The notes under the pieces are model-generated. The model was given only the letters and a program-made list of their open reading frames with translations, ran no database searches and had not been told where the DNA came from. A program made the position numbers and the translations under genes. 64,000 nucleotides of DNA from Trichodelitschia bisporula (lineage: Eukaryota). Where the stretch lies: the NCBI GenBank assembly GCA_010356995.1, contig ML996689.1, forward strand, positions 576,691-640,690, in the 5' to 3' direction. How positions within the stretch are numbered: position 1 is the first letter of the stretch; every line of letters begins with the position of its first letter. Of this stretch, positions 9,517 through 22,093 are shown piece by piece.

Positions 9517-10674
9517 ATGCGTCCCCTCCACCCAACCCGCTGTCTCCATACCCTCCGCCCCCTCCACACAGCCGCCCGCCGCGCCATCCCCCGCCCCCCA
9601 CCCCGCATCGGCTCCGTCCCCAACACAGACGACTTCTCAGACACACAGATCCGCAACCCCCTCGACTCAATCAACAACAGCACGCGCTGGGCCGCCGAGC
9701 GCGCATGGCGTATCCGCCGCATGAAGCTCGCCGGCGCCGGCGTCGTCCTCTGCGTGCTCATGCAGCTCGGCATCATGTACATGATTAAGTTGGACGACCC
9801 GGAGACCATTGCCGCAGGCCGGATGGAAGGGGCGGACGAGGGCGCTACGCTGCAGGAGAAGGGCGGGGAGCAAGGGAGGGAGGGTGGGGAAGGGGTAAGC
9901 CATATGGTTCAGGGCCTCCTTCCCCGCGACCGCTGCGACGAGCTTCCCCGCCCCCCGGCTCAGGTCCCGGATCCTAATGCCGTGCCGACGGGGACGTCGA
10001 GCGTGCCGACCTTCCCGCGAACCATCAGCCTCCCCGGAGCTCGGGGCGGAACGGAAGAATACACGCTGCTGGGACTGGGTATCCGCACGGTCTCTTTCCT
10101 CGGTGTGCAGGTCTACGTCATTGGGCACTACATACCGACTAGCTCTTTCCGCGTGCTGCGGAAGGTGGTGTCCGCGGCGGCGGGGGTGGACACGCGCAAG
10201 GGCGTGCGCGAAGCGATGCTTGATCCTGAGATGTCCAGCCAGATTTGGAATGCGATAATTGATTCGGGCGTCCCGCTTGCGCTGCGTGTTGTGCCGACAA
10301 GAGGTACGGATTGGGGTCACTTGCGCGATGGGTGGGTGCGCGGGATCGTGGCCCGGGCGAAGGACCTTGCAGCTGCCGGGGACGAGGTGTTTGCGGATGA
10401 AGGGTTTGGGGCTGCGATAGGCGACTTTAAAAAGATGCTGGGTGGAAAGGGGAGCATGCCTAAGGGCGGCGTGATTTACTTAGTCCGCGAGGCGAGGGGT
10501 GGGCTGAGGGTGTGGAAGGGCGAGGGCGGCGAGGAGGAGGTGGGGTATGTGTCTGATCAGCGTATTTCGAGGGCGATGTGGCTTATGTATTTTGGGGGGA
10601 AGAACGTGAGCAGTGAGGGGGCGAGGAAGGCGGTTGCGGAGGGGGTGGGGGAGGTTGTTGCGGGTAAGCGGTGA
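9517..10674 (+). CDS. AIM18: Mitochondrial chalcone-isomerase-like protein (Aim18/Aim46 family)
   Basis: Arg-rich presequence MRPLHPTRCLHTLR..., one TM segment, then YTLLGLGIRTVSFLGVQVYVIG, LRVVPTRGTDWGHLRDGWVRGI, ISRAMWLMYFGGKNVSSE. Confidence 0.8.
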   Translation: MRPLHPTRCLHTLRPLHTAARRAIPRPPPRIGSVPNTDDFSDTQIRNPLDSINNSTRWAAERAWRIRRMKLAGAGVVLCVLMQLGIMYMIKLDDPETIAAGRMEGADEGATLQEKGGEQGREGGEGVSHMVQGLLPRDRCDELPRPPAQVPDPNAVPTGTSSVPTFPRTISLPGARGGTEEYTLLGLGIRTVSFLGVQVYVIGHYIPTSSFRVLRKVVSAAAGVDTRKGVREAMLDPEMSSQIWNAIIDSGVPLALRVVPTRGTDWGHLRDGWVRGIVARAKDLAAAGDEVFADEGFGAAIGDFKKMLGGKGSMPKGGVIYLVREARGGLRVWKGEGGEEEVGYVSDQRISRAMWLMYFGGKNVSSEGARKAVAEGVGEVVAGKR

Positions 10675-11066
10675 TGATGGATGGATGAGACGCGCAATTG
10701 CATATGCGGGCATGGGTAATGGAGATTGTAGCCATTCCATCCTCATCCCAAAATGAAAATTTCTCAAGGCCCTTCCCCCATTAAGTTATGGCAAGATGTC
10801 GGCTACTGGCAACCCGCCATCGCGACATCTGCACCCCGCTATCGCCAAGGATGTACCCCTGCCACGCCACCGCTCAGGTACAAGGCGGGCATTTCTGGGC
10901 GGAGGGACAGATCTGCGAGTTTCTCTGTACGCCGGAAGGTATCCACGGGAAGGTTTGGGGTTGATGGGCTAGCAAAGGGAGGTCATCAATAGCGAGGAAT
11001 GTGCACACTTTTGTGCAAACTATGATTGAGGTGCTATTAGGATGGTGGTGTCTGCGCTTGATCGCC

Positions 11067-11093
11067 GGGGGGGGGGGGGGGGGGGGGGGGGGG
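11067..11093 (+). repeat. Poly-G tract (27 nt)
   Basis: Direct count of a G homopolymer in the intergenic region; length may be unreliable in the assembly. Confidence 0.9.
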
Positions 11094-12445
11094 CAGGTTC
11101 GGAAGAATGCGAAGTTGTTGCCAGGGACGGTGCGCGTTGTAGGGATGTGCTGATGTACAGATGAGTGTTGATGATATGGAGGACGATAGAGTATATGGTG
11201 GATTGTAGAAGCTGAAGATCGGCGGGTGCGCTTCATGACGTTGACGTTGATGTTCACGATGCGCGATCTTACAATTCCACGATTTCACAGCCCGGAGGCT
11301 ATCCGATGACACCGATGAGGCGCAGCAACGCTTATCGATAGGAACCGGAAAGTGAATTAGGCCGCGGCGTCAGTGGCGCTTGGAGTTAAGGTTCGGCGGG
11401 GGGACCAAGGGGACGGACGAAGATGCGCGGATGGGATGATGAGATAAGAAAGGGGAGAAAGGAAACAGAGGGCGAATGAGCAATGTCGAAATGCGGGAGC
11501 CTGGACTGCCGTTTTGCTCTTTTCTATGCTTCTCTTTGGCTGCTTCTCTCCTGCCTCTTCGTCACTCGCTAGAATGGTAGAAATAAGAATAGCTGCGGCA
11601 AGGGGCGGCGTCCCGGCGTCAAGTGTGTGGCTGTGGCCGGGTTGGGTTTGAGGGGGATGAAACGTGAGGCGATTGGTGTTGGTGTTGGTGATGATGACGG
11701 TGTTGGTGGGAGAGAGGAAGAGTCGAAAGAAGACCGGTAGATGTTCTTCTGTACGGAGGTAGAAAGAGTAGAATAGATGCAGTCATTTGTAATAATAATA
11801 TACGAAGCGATAGACGCTGGCCGGCCTGGTCACTTTAAGGATAGACATATCCATCGACGACGTACAGTATTGCTCTTCTATCCGGCTATCCTAGTCGCCT
11901 TGCTCTCTACCGTATTCTCACGCCTCGCAGCTCCCGCCTCACGTACATCCGCATGCTGCACAATCGTACCATTCAGATCCCCCGCAAAAACTGACTCCAA
12001 CCCCTCGAACCCGGAGATAATAACCGTACCAACACGAGCAGTCTGACTGAATAGATCAACGACATTCTTACACAGCCCCTCTGCCTCTCCCTCTCTTTTC
12101 TCCACTGCTTCTCGCCCCTCTTCTACTCCCCCTCCGCTCACATACCGAACACCCCCTCCGACACAACCGACGTCTGGATCATCTTCCACTTCCCAGCTCC
12201 GTTTCAGCCCTCTCTTCCTCCCCCTCACCCATCCTAGCGAAACAGGCACCCCACGCGCATCGCGCAACGGCCATCCCAAACTTTGTTCCTCTCGCGGCAC
12301 ACCCTCCCGCTTCTTCAATCCTTCCCCCCCCTCGGATCACACCACCAAACGCCGCCGGAACCTTCTCCTCCACCACATCTCAACCCACCACCGCCAAAGC
12401 CCCTCATCTCGATTTCCCCGCAGTGGCCCCCGCGGCCCCGCCGCC

Positions 12446-15400
12446 ATGAATTACCTCAATACCGGCAACGACCCGTCCGGGATGAACTACTTCTCCCCGC
12501 AATCACTCGGCGTCGCGAACCAGCGCATGTTCCCGTCCTACGGTGCAGATGGATCGCCACTCCCCCAGATGCCGCCGGGCATGTACACCGAGGATATATC
12601 TGGGTTTGGACTCGACGATGCGAGCGAGCACGCCGAGGCGAAGAGGCGGCGCATAGCCAGGGTACGTGTTGTGGCTTCTGGGTTGGGATAGGGAGGAAAT
12701 GGTGGTGCTGATGGTAGACGTGTGTGTAGGCGTGTGACATGTGTCGCAAAAAGAAGATCAAGTGCGACGGCAAGATGCCCGCGTGCACCCACTGCCAGAA
12801 CTACAAGACGGAGTGCATCTTTACGCAGGTCGAGAAGAAGCGCAATCCGCCCAAGGGGTGCATGCCCCTTTCGTCTTAACTCCCTTTCGCTGCTAACCTC
12901 GCCACCAGTGCTAAATACATCGAGGGCTTGGAGAATCGCCTCGGGCGCATGGAGTCCCTCCTTCGCCTCTCGGGTCTGTTATCCGATGATGACCCCAGTG
13001 CCACAGACCTCGGTACCCTGGAGAAGCGACTCGCAGACCGTGCAGCCGCGCGCCGGGACAGTAACGACGACGTCCGCAGCGCATCCACCTCGATGCCGCG
13101 CGACTCGGCGGAGCTGACGCCGATGCACGACACGCTGCCGAGTCCGAATAGTAATGGCAGCCCCGAGACCGGGCGCAAGAGCGAGGAGGAGGTCGAGGCG
13201 CTGTCGGACATGATGTGCTCGCTTGTGACGAACAACTGCGGCGAGACGCGGTACATTGGCTCGTCGTCTGGCTTCTCTATCTTCTCTCCCAAGGGCATCC
13301 AGTGGGTCAATGAAAAGACCGGGGACACGAGTTTCCAGGATATGATCTCGACGGCGAGCGTGGACGACAATAAGTGGATCCACTGGAAACCGGATGTGTT
13401 CAGGGACATCTTCGCCCGCCGTGTGTATAAGCCCCTGCCCCCGAAGCAGGAGGCCTTGTCGCTGCTCAAGGACTACTTTGAGAACTTCAACTGCATGTTT
13501 CCCCTGTTCCACGAGCCGACTTTCATGCACCTGGTCGACAAGCACTACTCGCGCGACCCGTATGAGGGCTCAGGGTGGTGGGCCAGCTTAAACGTGGCGC
13601 TCGCCATTGCGCACCGTTTGCGGGTTATGAGCAACCTGGTACCGCAAGAGGAGGACCAAAAAGCATGGGGGTACCTGAAGAATGCGATGGCGGTGCAGAC
13701 GGAACTGACAATTCGGAACACGGATCTCTTGAGCGTGCAAGCGCTGCTCGGGATGGTGAGTTTTCATTGGCGTGGCATTGATGGCCGAAAGCTGACGACC
13801 AGGCCCTTTTCCTGCAAGGCACGCCGAACCCCCAACCGTCTTTCTTTTTCGTCGCCGCTGCCATCCGCCTTGCGCACAGTATCGGTTTGCACAAGCGCGG
13901 ATCGGGCTTCGGACTCAACCCGAACGAGATTGAGCAGCGTAAGCGCGTCTTTTGGATTGCGTACATGCTGGATCGGGAGTACGTCCCCTTTTTCGTTGAT
14001 GAGAGTAACGGAAAACTGACCCCGCAGTCTCTGCCTCCGTTCCGGACGGCCACTGATCCAAGACGATGACGACATGAACGTCGAGCTCCCAAGCGAAGAC
14101 CCAGTCGACAACATCGGCAACATCCCTCTCGCCGATGGCAAAGGCAAAGTCAACCTCTTCCGCCTAATGTGCACCTTCGCCGTGATAGCCAGCAAAGTCT
14201 ACAAACAGCTCTACAGCGTCAAAGCCTCGAAGCAATCCGACGGCGAGCTCCTCAACACAATCGGCGAACTCGACCGCGAACTCGAAGAATGGAAAGACAG
14301 CATACCCATCGACTTCCGCCCCGAGCACGAAATCCGCGCCTCCCACACCCCGCTCATCCTCCACGTCGTCGTCCTCCATTTCGCATACTACAACTGCCTA
14401 ACCACCATCCACCGCATGAGCGTCCACCATGGCTACTGGACCAGCCGCCTCTCCAACTACGCCATCCAGGGGCTCAACGCGCGCCCTCTGAATCCGCGCG
14501 TCTTCAGCAGCGCCGCGCTCTGCGTCTCCGCCGCCCGCGCCTCCATCCACCTCATCAAATACATCCCCCAAGGCGACTTCTCCTGCGTCTGGCTCATCCT
14601 CTACTACCCCGTCTCCGCCCTCGTCACCCTCTTCGCTAACATCCTGCAAAATCCGCACGACGCCCGCGCGCGCTCCGATCTCAAGCTCATGGCCCATGTC
14701 GTAGGCTTCCTCTCGTCCCTATCGCAGGACGACGAAAACTCCTCCGTCCGCCGCATGCTCTCCATATGCGCCGAGTTCGAGCGTATCGCGCGCGTCGTCC
14801 TTGACAAGGCAGACAAAGAAGCCGCAGCAAGAAGGAAGCGCAAGGGCGCCGGCGGCGCCGACGGCGGCTCCGCACGAAAGGCACCGGGCGCAGCACCGGA
14901 GCGCACGAACGGCGCCCCCGCGGCGGAAGGCGAAACGCTCACCCCGGCCCATCAGCCGGATACCCGCGACCCGAGCGTGCAGCCGCTGGAGGAACATCCC
15001 ACGCCTCAACCGAGCCAGCCGGGGAATATACCGAAGGTGTTTACGCCGCCGGATTATGATAGGTATATGAATAATGAGGTGAGTTTGCTCCTTCCCCTGG
15101 CTTTTTGGAGGGTGGGGTGATTGACGGGACTAGGGTATTGCGGCTGCGCTCGCGCACCTTGCGCCTCAGGGTATTTCGGCAGGCCCGGCTGCGATGGCGG
15201 CTATGGCGGCTAGTCCGGCGGCGGAGGCGTGGTTATCGCCCCGTGCGAATGGGAATGGGGCGGAGAGGCATACACCCGGAACCGGGAACGGGGGTCCGCC
15301 GCATGGGTTGCCGATGAACGGCTCGCTACAACCTCCTACCAACGGGACCAGGCCCGGGCTCAACGGCACAGTTAACGGGCCCGTGCCGGGTAGCGGGTCA

Positions 15401-15577
15401 ACAGCGGGTAACGGCGAGGTGGGCGACTTCGACCAACCCTTCGTCCCGCAGGACCTGTGGCAGATGCCTATGACGCTGGAGTGGGATTGGGCGGATATTA
15501 CGGGGGGGTATGGAGGGTTGGGGATGGGGATGGGGATGATGGGGCCTGGTGGGGGGGGGATGGGGGATATGGGATGA
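12446..15577 (+). CDS. atrR: Zn(II)2Cys6 transcription factor with fungal-specific TF domain, AtrR-like
   Basis: Exons 12446-12661, 12730-12857, 12909-13755, 13803-13978, 14028-15078, 15134-15577 (all GT-AG, frame-consistent). [36 protein letters not shown]...[20 protein letters not shown]-terminal [17 protein letters not shown]. The AtrR identity is from recall. Confidence 0.8.
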
Positions 15578-16307
15578 GCACCACAGTAGTGTCGGAAGGG
15601 GGGGCGTCCGGGGTTAGTAAGCGCGGAAGGGTGGGAGCTCCGAGTGTCAGTGAGCGGAAGGAGGGGCTCCGGTGTTAGTTCTGGTGAGTGGGGAAGGGGG
15701 ATATGCATTTGGAAAAGTTTGGGCGTTTTTCTTTGGGGTGGGTGGTTTGATAGATGGGTGAGCGCGGCTGCGGGGATCTCCACTTCTTGTTTCTCTTCTT
15801 TCGACTTGCTTCAAGGATATGGCTTGGGTTTTGGGTTGCAACGGCGGCGCGATGGGTGGATGTGTTGTTCTTTTTGTCACGGCCGCATGTAGCTGGTGAT
15901 CTCTTCTGTGTTTTCATACCACTTCGGCTTTGGGAGATGGGGTTGGAGATGAGGTTGGAGGTGTAGTTCTGTCTACTGCGTATGGCCTTTTGGCGTTGTA
16001 ATTGGCCCCCCCGCGGGCTATGTACGATGTAGTTTAAATCCACTCCCCACCAGCGCTTAACCGCTATGCGAAAGCCTGAGAAAGGAGATGGTGTGGTATC
16101 TTCAGTGACATGTGCCATTACACCACCGTCTACATCTACGTCCAGCCAGGTACATCATCAAGACCCATTCCTCTATCAGCTATATACATACACCCTTACA
16201 CCCCATCCTTCCCCACACCACCCAATCCTTCAAGAGTTGAGATGCAACAAGAAAAAACGCCGCCCGCCGCAGTCAGGCCCGATGCAATTCTAAACAACGC
16301 GCTCTCC

Positions 16308-18971
16308 CTACAAGACATCCTCCCTCTTAAACGTCGCTACCGGCCCCCCCGTCGGCGGCGTGTCGTTGCCGGGCAAATCAGCCTCCGTACCAGGGATCTT
16401 CTCGCTAGGCGGCGCAATCGGATCGCCACTGAAATACTTCGCAAACTCCGTATCATCCGGGAACGGGCGTTTCCCCAGCAAGCGCACCATATCATCCCTC
16501 GTCAGCATCTCCTTGCGGAGCAACTCCTCCGCCACCAGGCCGATTTCCTTCATCTTACTCCCGAGCAACTCCTTACACGCCGTATGCGCCTCGTCGACGA
16601 TGCGCCGGACCTCAGCGTCGATGTTCTTGGCCGTTTCCTCGCTGAACGGCTTGTGCAACTGCTGTTGAGAATCGTCCTCAAAGGATACGAACCCGATCTT
16701 GCGACTCATTCCGAAGCGCGTGACCATCGCCGTAGCCAGCTGAGTAACCTTCCTGAAATCATCGCTCGCCCCGCTCGTCACCGTCTCAAAGTGCAACTCC
16801 TCTGACACCCGCCCCCCCAGAATCATGGTCATCTTGTCCTGCAACTGCCGCACATTAAGCAGATACGTATCGCCGCTCGGCAAATACTGCGCGTACCCCA
16901 ACGCGCCCTGCCCGCGGGGGATAATGCTGACTTTAAGGAGCGGGTCCGCGTACTTTAGGTACCACCCGCAAATCGCATGCCCGGCTTCGTGGTACGCGAC
17001 CGTTTTCTTCTCCTCCGGGTTCAGGACGAGTGATTTCTTCTCCAGGCCGCCGATGACGCGCTCGATAGCTTGCTCGAAGTGCTTCAGCTCGACGGATTCG
17101 GCGTGGTGGCGGGCGGCTGGGCGGGTTAGCTACATTAGAGGCATACGGGGAGGGGTGGGGAGCTTACCGATGAGCGCGGCCTCATTAACACAGTTCGCGA
17201 TATCCGCGCCTGAGAAGCCCGGCGTCAGCGCCGCGAGCCGGCCCTTGAGATGCTCGATATCCTCCTTCGTGACGATCTTCTTCAGATGCACCGCGAAGAT
17301 CTGTTTCCGCCCTTCCATGGTCGGCTTGTCAATCGCGATATGCCTGTCGAACCGACCGGGCCGCAGCAGCGCCTTGTCCAGAATATCTGGCCGATTCGTG
17401 CCGGCAATCACGACCACCTGCTCCGAGGTGTTGAACCCGTCCATCTCCGTGAGAATCTGGTTCAGCGTGCTTTCACGCTCGTCGTTGCCCCCGCCGAAGC
17501 TCTGTTTAGCGCGCGACTTGCCGATCGCGTCGATCTCGTCGATGAAGATAATGCACGGCGCATTCTTCCGCGCCGTCGCAAACAGATCACGCACACGGCT
17601 CGGACCCACACCAACGAACATCTCCACAAACTCCGACCCGCTCACACTGTAAAACGGCACGCCGGATTCACCAGCCGTCGCCTTCGCCAGCAGCGTCTTA
17701 CCCGTCCCCGGCGGGCCAGACAAAATAGCCCCCCGCGGGATCTTAGCCCCAAGCTTCTGGAACATGCCAGGCTCCTTGAGGAAACTAACAAACTCCATAA
17801 TCTCCTGCTTGGCCTCGTCCATGCCCGCCACATCGGAGAACTTCATCTTAACGTCCGTTTCGTGGTTGAAGCGCTTCGCGCGGCTGCGGCCCATGCCGAA
17901 GATACCGCTCTGCCCGCCGCCACTGCTGGCCGCGCGCCGCGAGAGCCACACAATAGCGCCGATGAAGAGGAGCGTCGGGCCGAAAGAGAGCACGGTCGCG
18001 AGCCAAGGGACGTCGTCCGTGTAGGCGACCGGGATACGCTCGGCGGAGGGCACGCGCAGCTCGCGTTGGGCGTCGTCCATCTTGCGCTCGAAGGCCTCGA
18101 CGGAGCCGATGCTGAAGTAGTAGTGGAAGTTTCCGTGGACGGCGGGAGAATCCGGGTACATCGAGGCGACGGCTTCGCGGTGCAGATAGACTCGCGCGCG
18201 GTTGCCATTGACGACGACGACCTTCTCCACGAGTCCCTTGTCGAGAAACGTAGTACGAAACTCTTGCCACGTGATCTCGCGCGAGTTCTCGCCGGGGATG
18301 AGCATGCGGTAGGTGAGGTAGGCGAGCAGCGCGGACAGGAGGAAGGTATTCGTGTCGAACTTGATGTCGAGGTCCCGCCAGCCGTTGCCGCCCTTGTCGT
18401 TCTTGGGATCAGGCTTCTGTCCTCCAGAGAAGTTTCTCTTGTACTCCGCCTTGATGTCGGGTGGAGGAACCTGTGGACGCTTCGCTTTGCCGGTTGACGG
18501 GTACTGCACGCTCTTCAGGACCTGCGCTGCCGTAATCAGGTCGATGGGCTTGCCCTCACGCATGAGCTTGAACACCTCGTGTAGCTCAGCGGGCAAGCCC
18601 TGCTTCTTGATCTCAGCCATGACGGCGCTGACGTCCTTCTCCAGTGCGCGCGCCATGCCCGGGGGCATGCCCTGTGTCAACTGGACCATGAGCTTCTGCA
18701 GCAGCTCCTCCTCCTCCTTCGTGAGCGGGGTAAAGTTGGCATTTGGCTGTGCGTCCTTCCCGGGTTGCGAATCGGCCTTCGGATCTATCTTGTCCTTGTT
18801 GTCCGGCTTGCCAGGCTCCTCGGGGGGATTGGACGGTATAGCATAGTGGCGGAGGGCGGATGGAGAGCGGTGAAGCTGCGAGGAAATGCGCGGGGTAAAG
18901 CGAGCGGACGGGGCGGCGGATCTCGGTAATGAGGCGAGTGAGGGAGTTGACCGCCGGAGAAAGGCGCGCAT
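16308..18971 (-). CDS. YTA12: Mitochondrial m-AAA protease subunit (Afg3/Yta12, FtsH family M41)
   Basis: Presequence, two TM segments, [39 protein letters not shown]; intron 17167-17117; exon 2 carries VAYHEAGH (HExxH) and GASDDF. Confidence 0.9.
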
Positions 18972-19382
18972 TGTGGGAGTCGGAGCGGGCGGGTAGGAGA
19001 TGAGGATGGAGGATTAGCAGCGCAGCGGCAGGAGCATTACTGCTGACGATGTGGATTTAGGGAACGGGGTCGACGGGTGAGGTGAGGTGAGGTGGCGGAT
19101 GACTGGTTAGAGGAAGCAAGATCAAGAGGGAGTGGAGCCTCTTTCTTGGTGGCGAGTTGAAGTCTCGTTGCCAATGCCGCAAATTGGTCCGGATGTCGCT
19201 AAGCCGTTTTAGGTAGTCACGGCCTCAGGCTCCAGGGCAAACATCACATGCAGGCAGTGGAGCTTTTAAGCCAACATCAATTGCTTGGAGCAACTTTGAT
19301 CCATCACGAGGAATGACATTCAGATGCTAAACTGCCACCGTTCAGACTGCAGGTGCAGGTTTCTATCTAGTCATGCGCAACC

Positions 19383-21848
19383 CTATGTCGGCTTATGCAC
19401 CTGATGTAACGGAGACATGATGTGCTGCTTCTTCGTCCTATTCTTCACCTGCGGTGATTTGTCCTGATTAAGATCATCACTTGGTCCTCGTTTCCGCTTT
19501 ATCCCTTGCAATCCCAATCGTACGCTCTCAACCTGCCAGTGGAGGGGGCGCGAAAAGTTCGCCTTCAAGTAACGTTCCCTCCCGGGATCATCATCGTCAG
19601 CGACTGCCTTTTCTTCGTTGTTAAGGCCATTAGCCGCACAGTCAGACTGTGCATCATCATGGAGACTACTTTGTGGTGGACTAGAACCGATTGGTGGACT
19701 CAATGATCTTGTGAGAGTTAAAAAACTAGACGACTCAACAGAAGGGAAATCATCTGGCGCACCACTCTCCATAGGGGGACTGGATAGACCGTCAGAGAGT
19801 TGAGGAGGAGAGCTGGGTGGCGAGATCGAGTCTCTATCACGGCCGCCAGGTGCGTTACTCTCGATGCTCATCCGGATATCCTGGCCAGAAGTCTCGACAA
19901 GATCTAAACCAAGACGGGAACGTCTTTGAAGAAAGGGGTGTCCCGGCGGAAAGGGGTCATTGCTCAAGGCTTGTTTGAGAGGGATCTGAGAGGCAGTTCC
20001 CGCTTGCTGCCTCACGCCTCCATATTGTGCGGTTAATGAACGAATCTGCTCCTCAGTCCAACTAATCTCATCAATCTCGTCCTCAGCCGTCAATCTGGAT
20101 GTATCAAATGTGTCAAATGACATTTTGCTGGCTCTGCCTGATGACGAAGCCTGGGCAAGCCGAGTGAATGGCTCCTCGACGTTGCAGTGGTCAATAAGCC
20201 AGGAAGGTTTACGTGGAGTGACCTCGTCGCAGTCCTTGATTAGATCCTGGAACACGGGTGGCTGAGTACTCCGCCATTTTTTCGTATGAAACTCGTCATC
20301 GCTGTTGCTGGGTGGGTCGGGGTCGTCAGGGCATATACGAGCATATGGGTTGTCCTTGAAATAGTTGTCCCAGATCCTTTGCAACAGCGGGTAGAAGTCG
20401 GACTTGGGCGAAGGAAAGAGGCCGGTCAAGAAATACTTAAAGTCGCCAACGGATTGCGGCGGCATGGCCTCGCGCTTGGACTTCATCAATATCAAGTCTT
20501 GTTTGAAGTCTTGGAGGAGCTTCCGCAAGTGTTTATGGAAGGCCGCATCGGGATCTAGCGGGCCCTGCCGGCGAGGGACGGCTCTATACTCGGTTGATTG
20601 GAGCGCAGACGGGCCCTTCTTGCCACAGAGGGGTTCTGACATAGGCCATCTGTCGGTATTGTCCGAAAGGGGGAAGGAATCGTCCGTAAGGCGTGGGGAT
20701 TCAGAAGACCAGACACTGTAGCCGTCAGTCGCGGGGTCGGAACTGGACAAAGCTTTTGCCAACTTCTTGTCGCCTTCCTGCAATGTTCGAGCTTCTTCCT
20801 GCCGCACCATGTCGAACTCTTTCTGGGTGGCCCGTTTTTCCCGCGGCACCTCGTCGTCTTCGTACCACGCTTTCTCGGGCTTGCGCTTCAAGTTTTTCCT
20901 TCTTGAGGTGGCTGGTAAAATGTGCCTGACTGGCGGGGAAGTCGACGGGCGCGTCACAGGCCCCTTCGGGAGATCTGCATGCCCGGGCCTTGGAGATGGT
21001 GGCGGAAGTACCGCAAGCCCGGGCCTTGGAGATGGCGGCGGGAGTTCCGCATGTCTGGACCTTGGAGACGATAGCGGGAGTTCCACATGCCTCAGCCTCG
21101 GAGACGGTGGCGGGAGTTCCGCATGCCTGGGCCTTGGAGACGATAGCAGGAGTTCCGCATGACTCGGCCTTGGAGACGGTGGTGAGAGTCCCGCATGCCT
21201 AGGCCTTGGACTTGGAGATGGTCGTGGGAGTTCCGCATGCCTTGGCCTTGGAGATGATGGCGACCCATATCCGAGCAAGAGACTGTCCCTCCTAAAGCCT
21301 GGGGCATTGTCTTCGGCTAGATGTTTGTCTGGAGGAGACTTGAATGGACGCCTGGGACTGATGTAGCACTTGGGCTCATCATAGAAGTAGAAGTCGTCAG
21401 GGAATGGAGCCTCTGGTCCCGGTGGCGACAATCCTGGGCGGAACATGAGGCCTTGTAGTGCGTGCAAACCTGGACTAGTGGGGTCAGTACGTGCCGTGTT
21501 GGCTCCTGGGCGTGATGGAGCTTACCTGAAGCCGCTCTTGGTCCGGCAGGGCGAAAGACTGTCCCTCCTAATGCGTGTGCCCTTTTTGTTGGCCAGAGTC
21601 TTGAGTGGAAGGGTCTTGAGGGGAAGAGACACGAACTGAGCTTTGAGATCGATATAGCACTGTGGCTCATCATAGAAGTCAAAGTCGTCAGGACGTGGAG
21701 CTTCTTCATGGCCGAATCTGAGGCCTTGCGGTATGTCTGAGGGCGAGCTTGTGAAGTTAGTACATGCCATGCTGACTTATAGGCGTGACGGAGCTTACCT
21801 GAGGCTGCGCTTGATTTGGCGGGGCGATGTGAATGAAGAGGGACACAT
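19383..21848 (-). CDS. Orphan Pro/Ser-rich protein with internal repeats (3 exons)
   Basis: Exons 21848-21799, 21747-21526, 21474-19383; two 51-nt phase-2 introns with GTAAGC donors, CTAAC/CTGAC branch points and AG acceptors join into one open frame; basic NLS-like segments (RRKNLKRK, KRKR). Confidence 0.65.
20970..21260 (-). repeat. Coding minisatellite, about 8 x 36 bp (12-aa unit xSPRPRHAELPP)
   Basis: Repeated GGCCTTGGAGAYGRT...GAGTTCCGCATG on the + strand; protein units SSPRPRHAELPR / PSPRPSHAELLL / SSPRPRHAELPP / PSPRLRHVELPL / SSPRSRHAELPP and others. Confidence 0.9.
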
Positions 21849-22093
21849 AGCGATAGTAAATGCTCGCAGTGACGGTGGTGTAAGGTATATGATCAGCGAA
21901 GAACGGCCGGTGAGATGTGAATGTTGAAGATTTTATGGCAGGGTTTAGCAGACACTACGCGGCCGATGGAATCTTGGATGGTCAAGATGGCGCCTTCCAT
22001 ACTCCAACAAAGGATCTGACCATCCACTTCCTCGTGCGGCAATACCCCGTCCAGCGAGTAGCAGCTTCCCGATTCCCCTAACCTCATCTTCAC

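Noticed and set aside
11346..11364. Possible AtrR autoregulatory site CGG-N-CCG
   Set aside because: Spacer is 13 nt rather than the recalled 12, and such triplets are frequent in GC-rich DNA.
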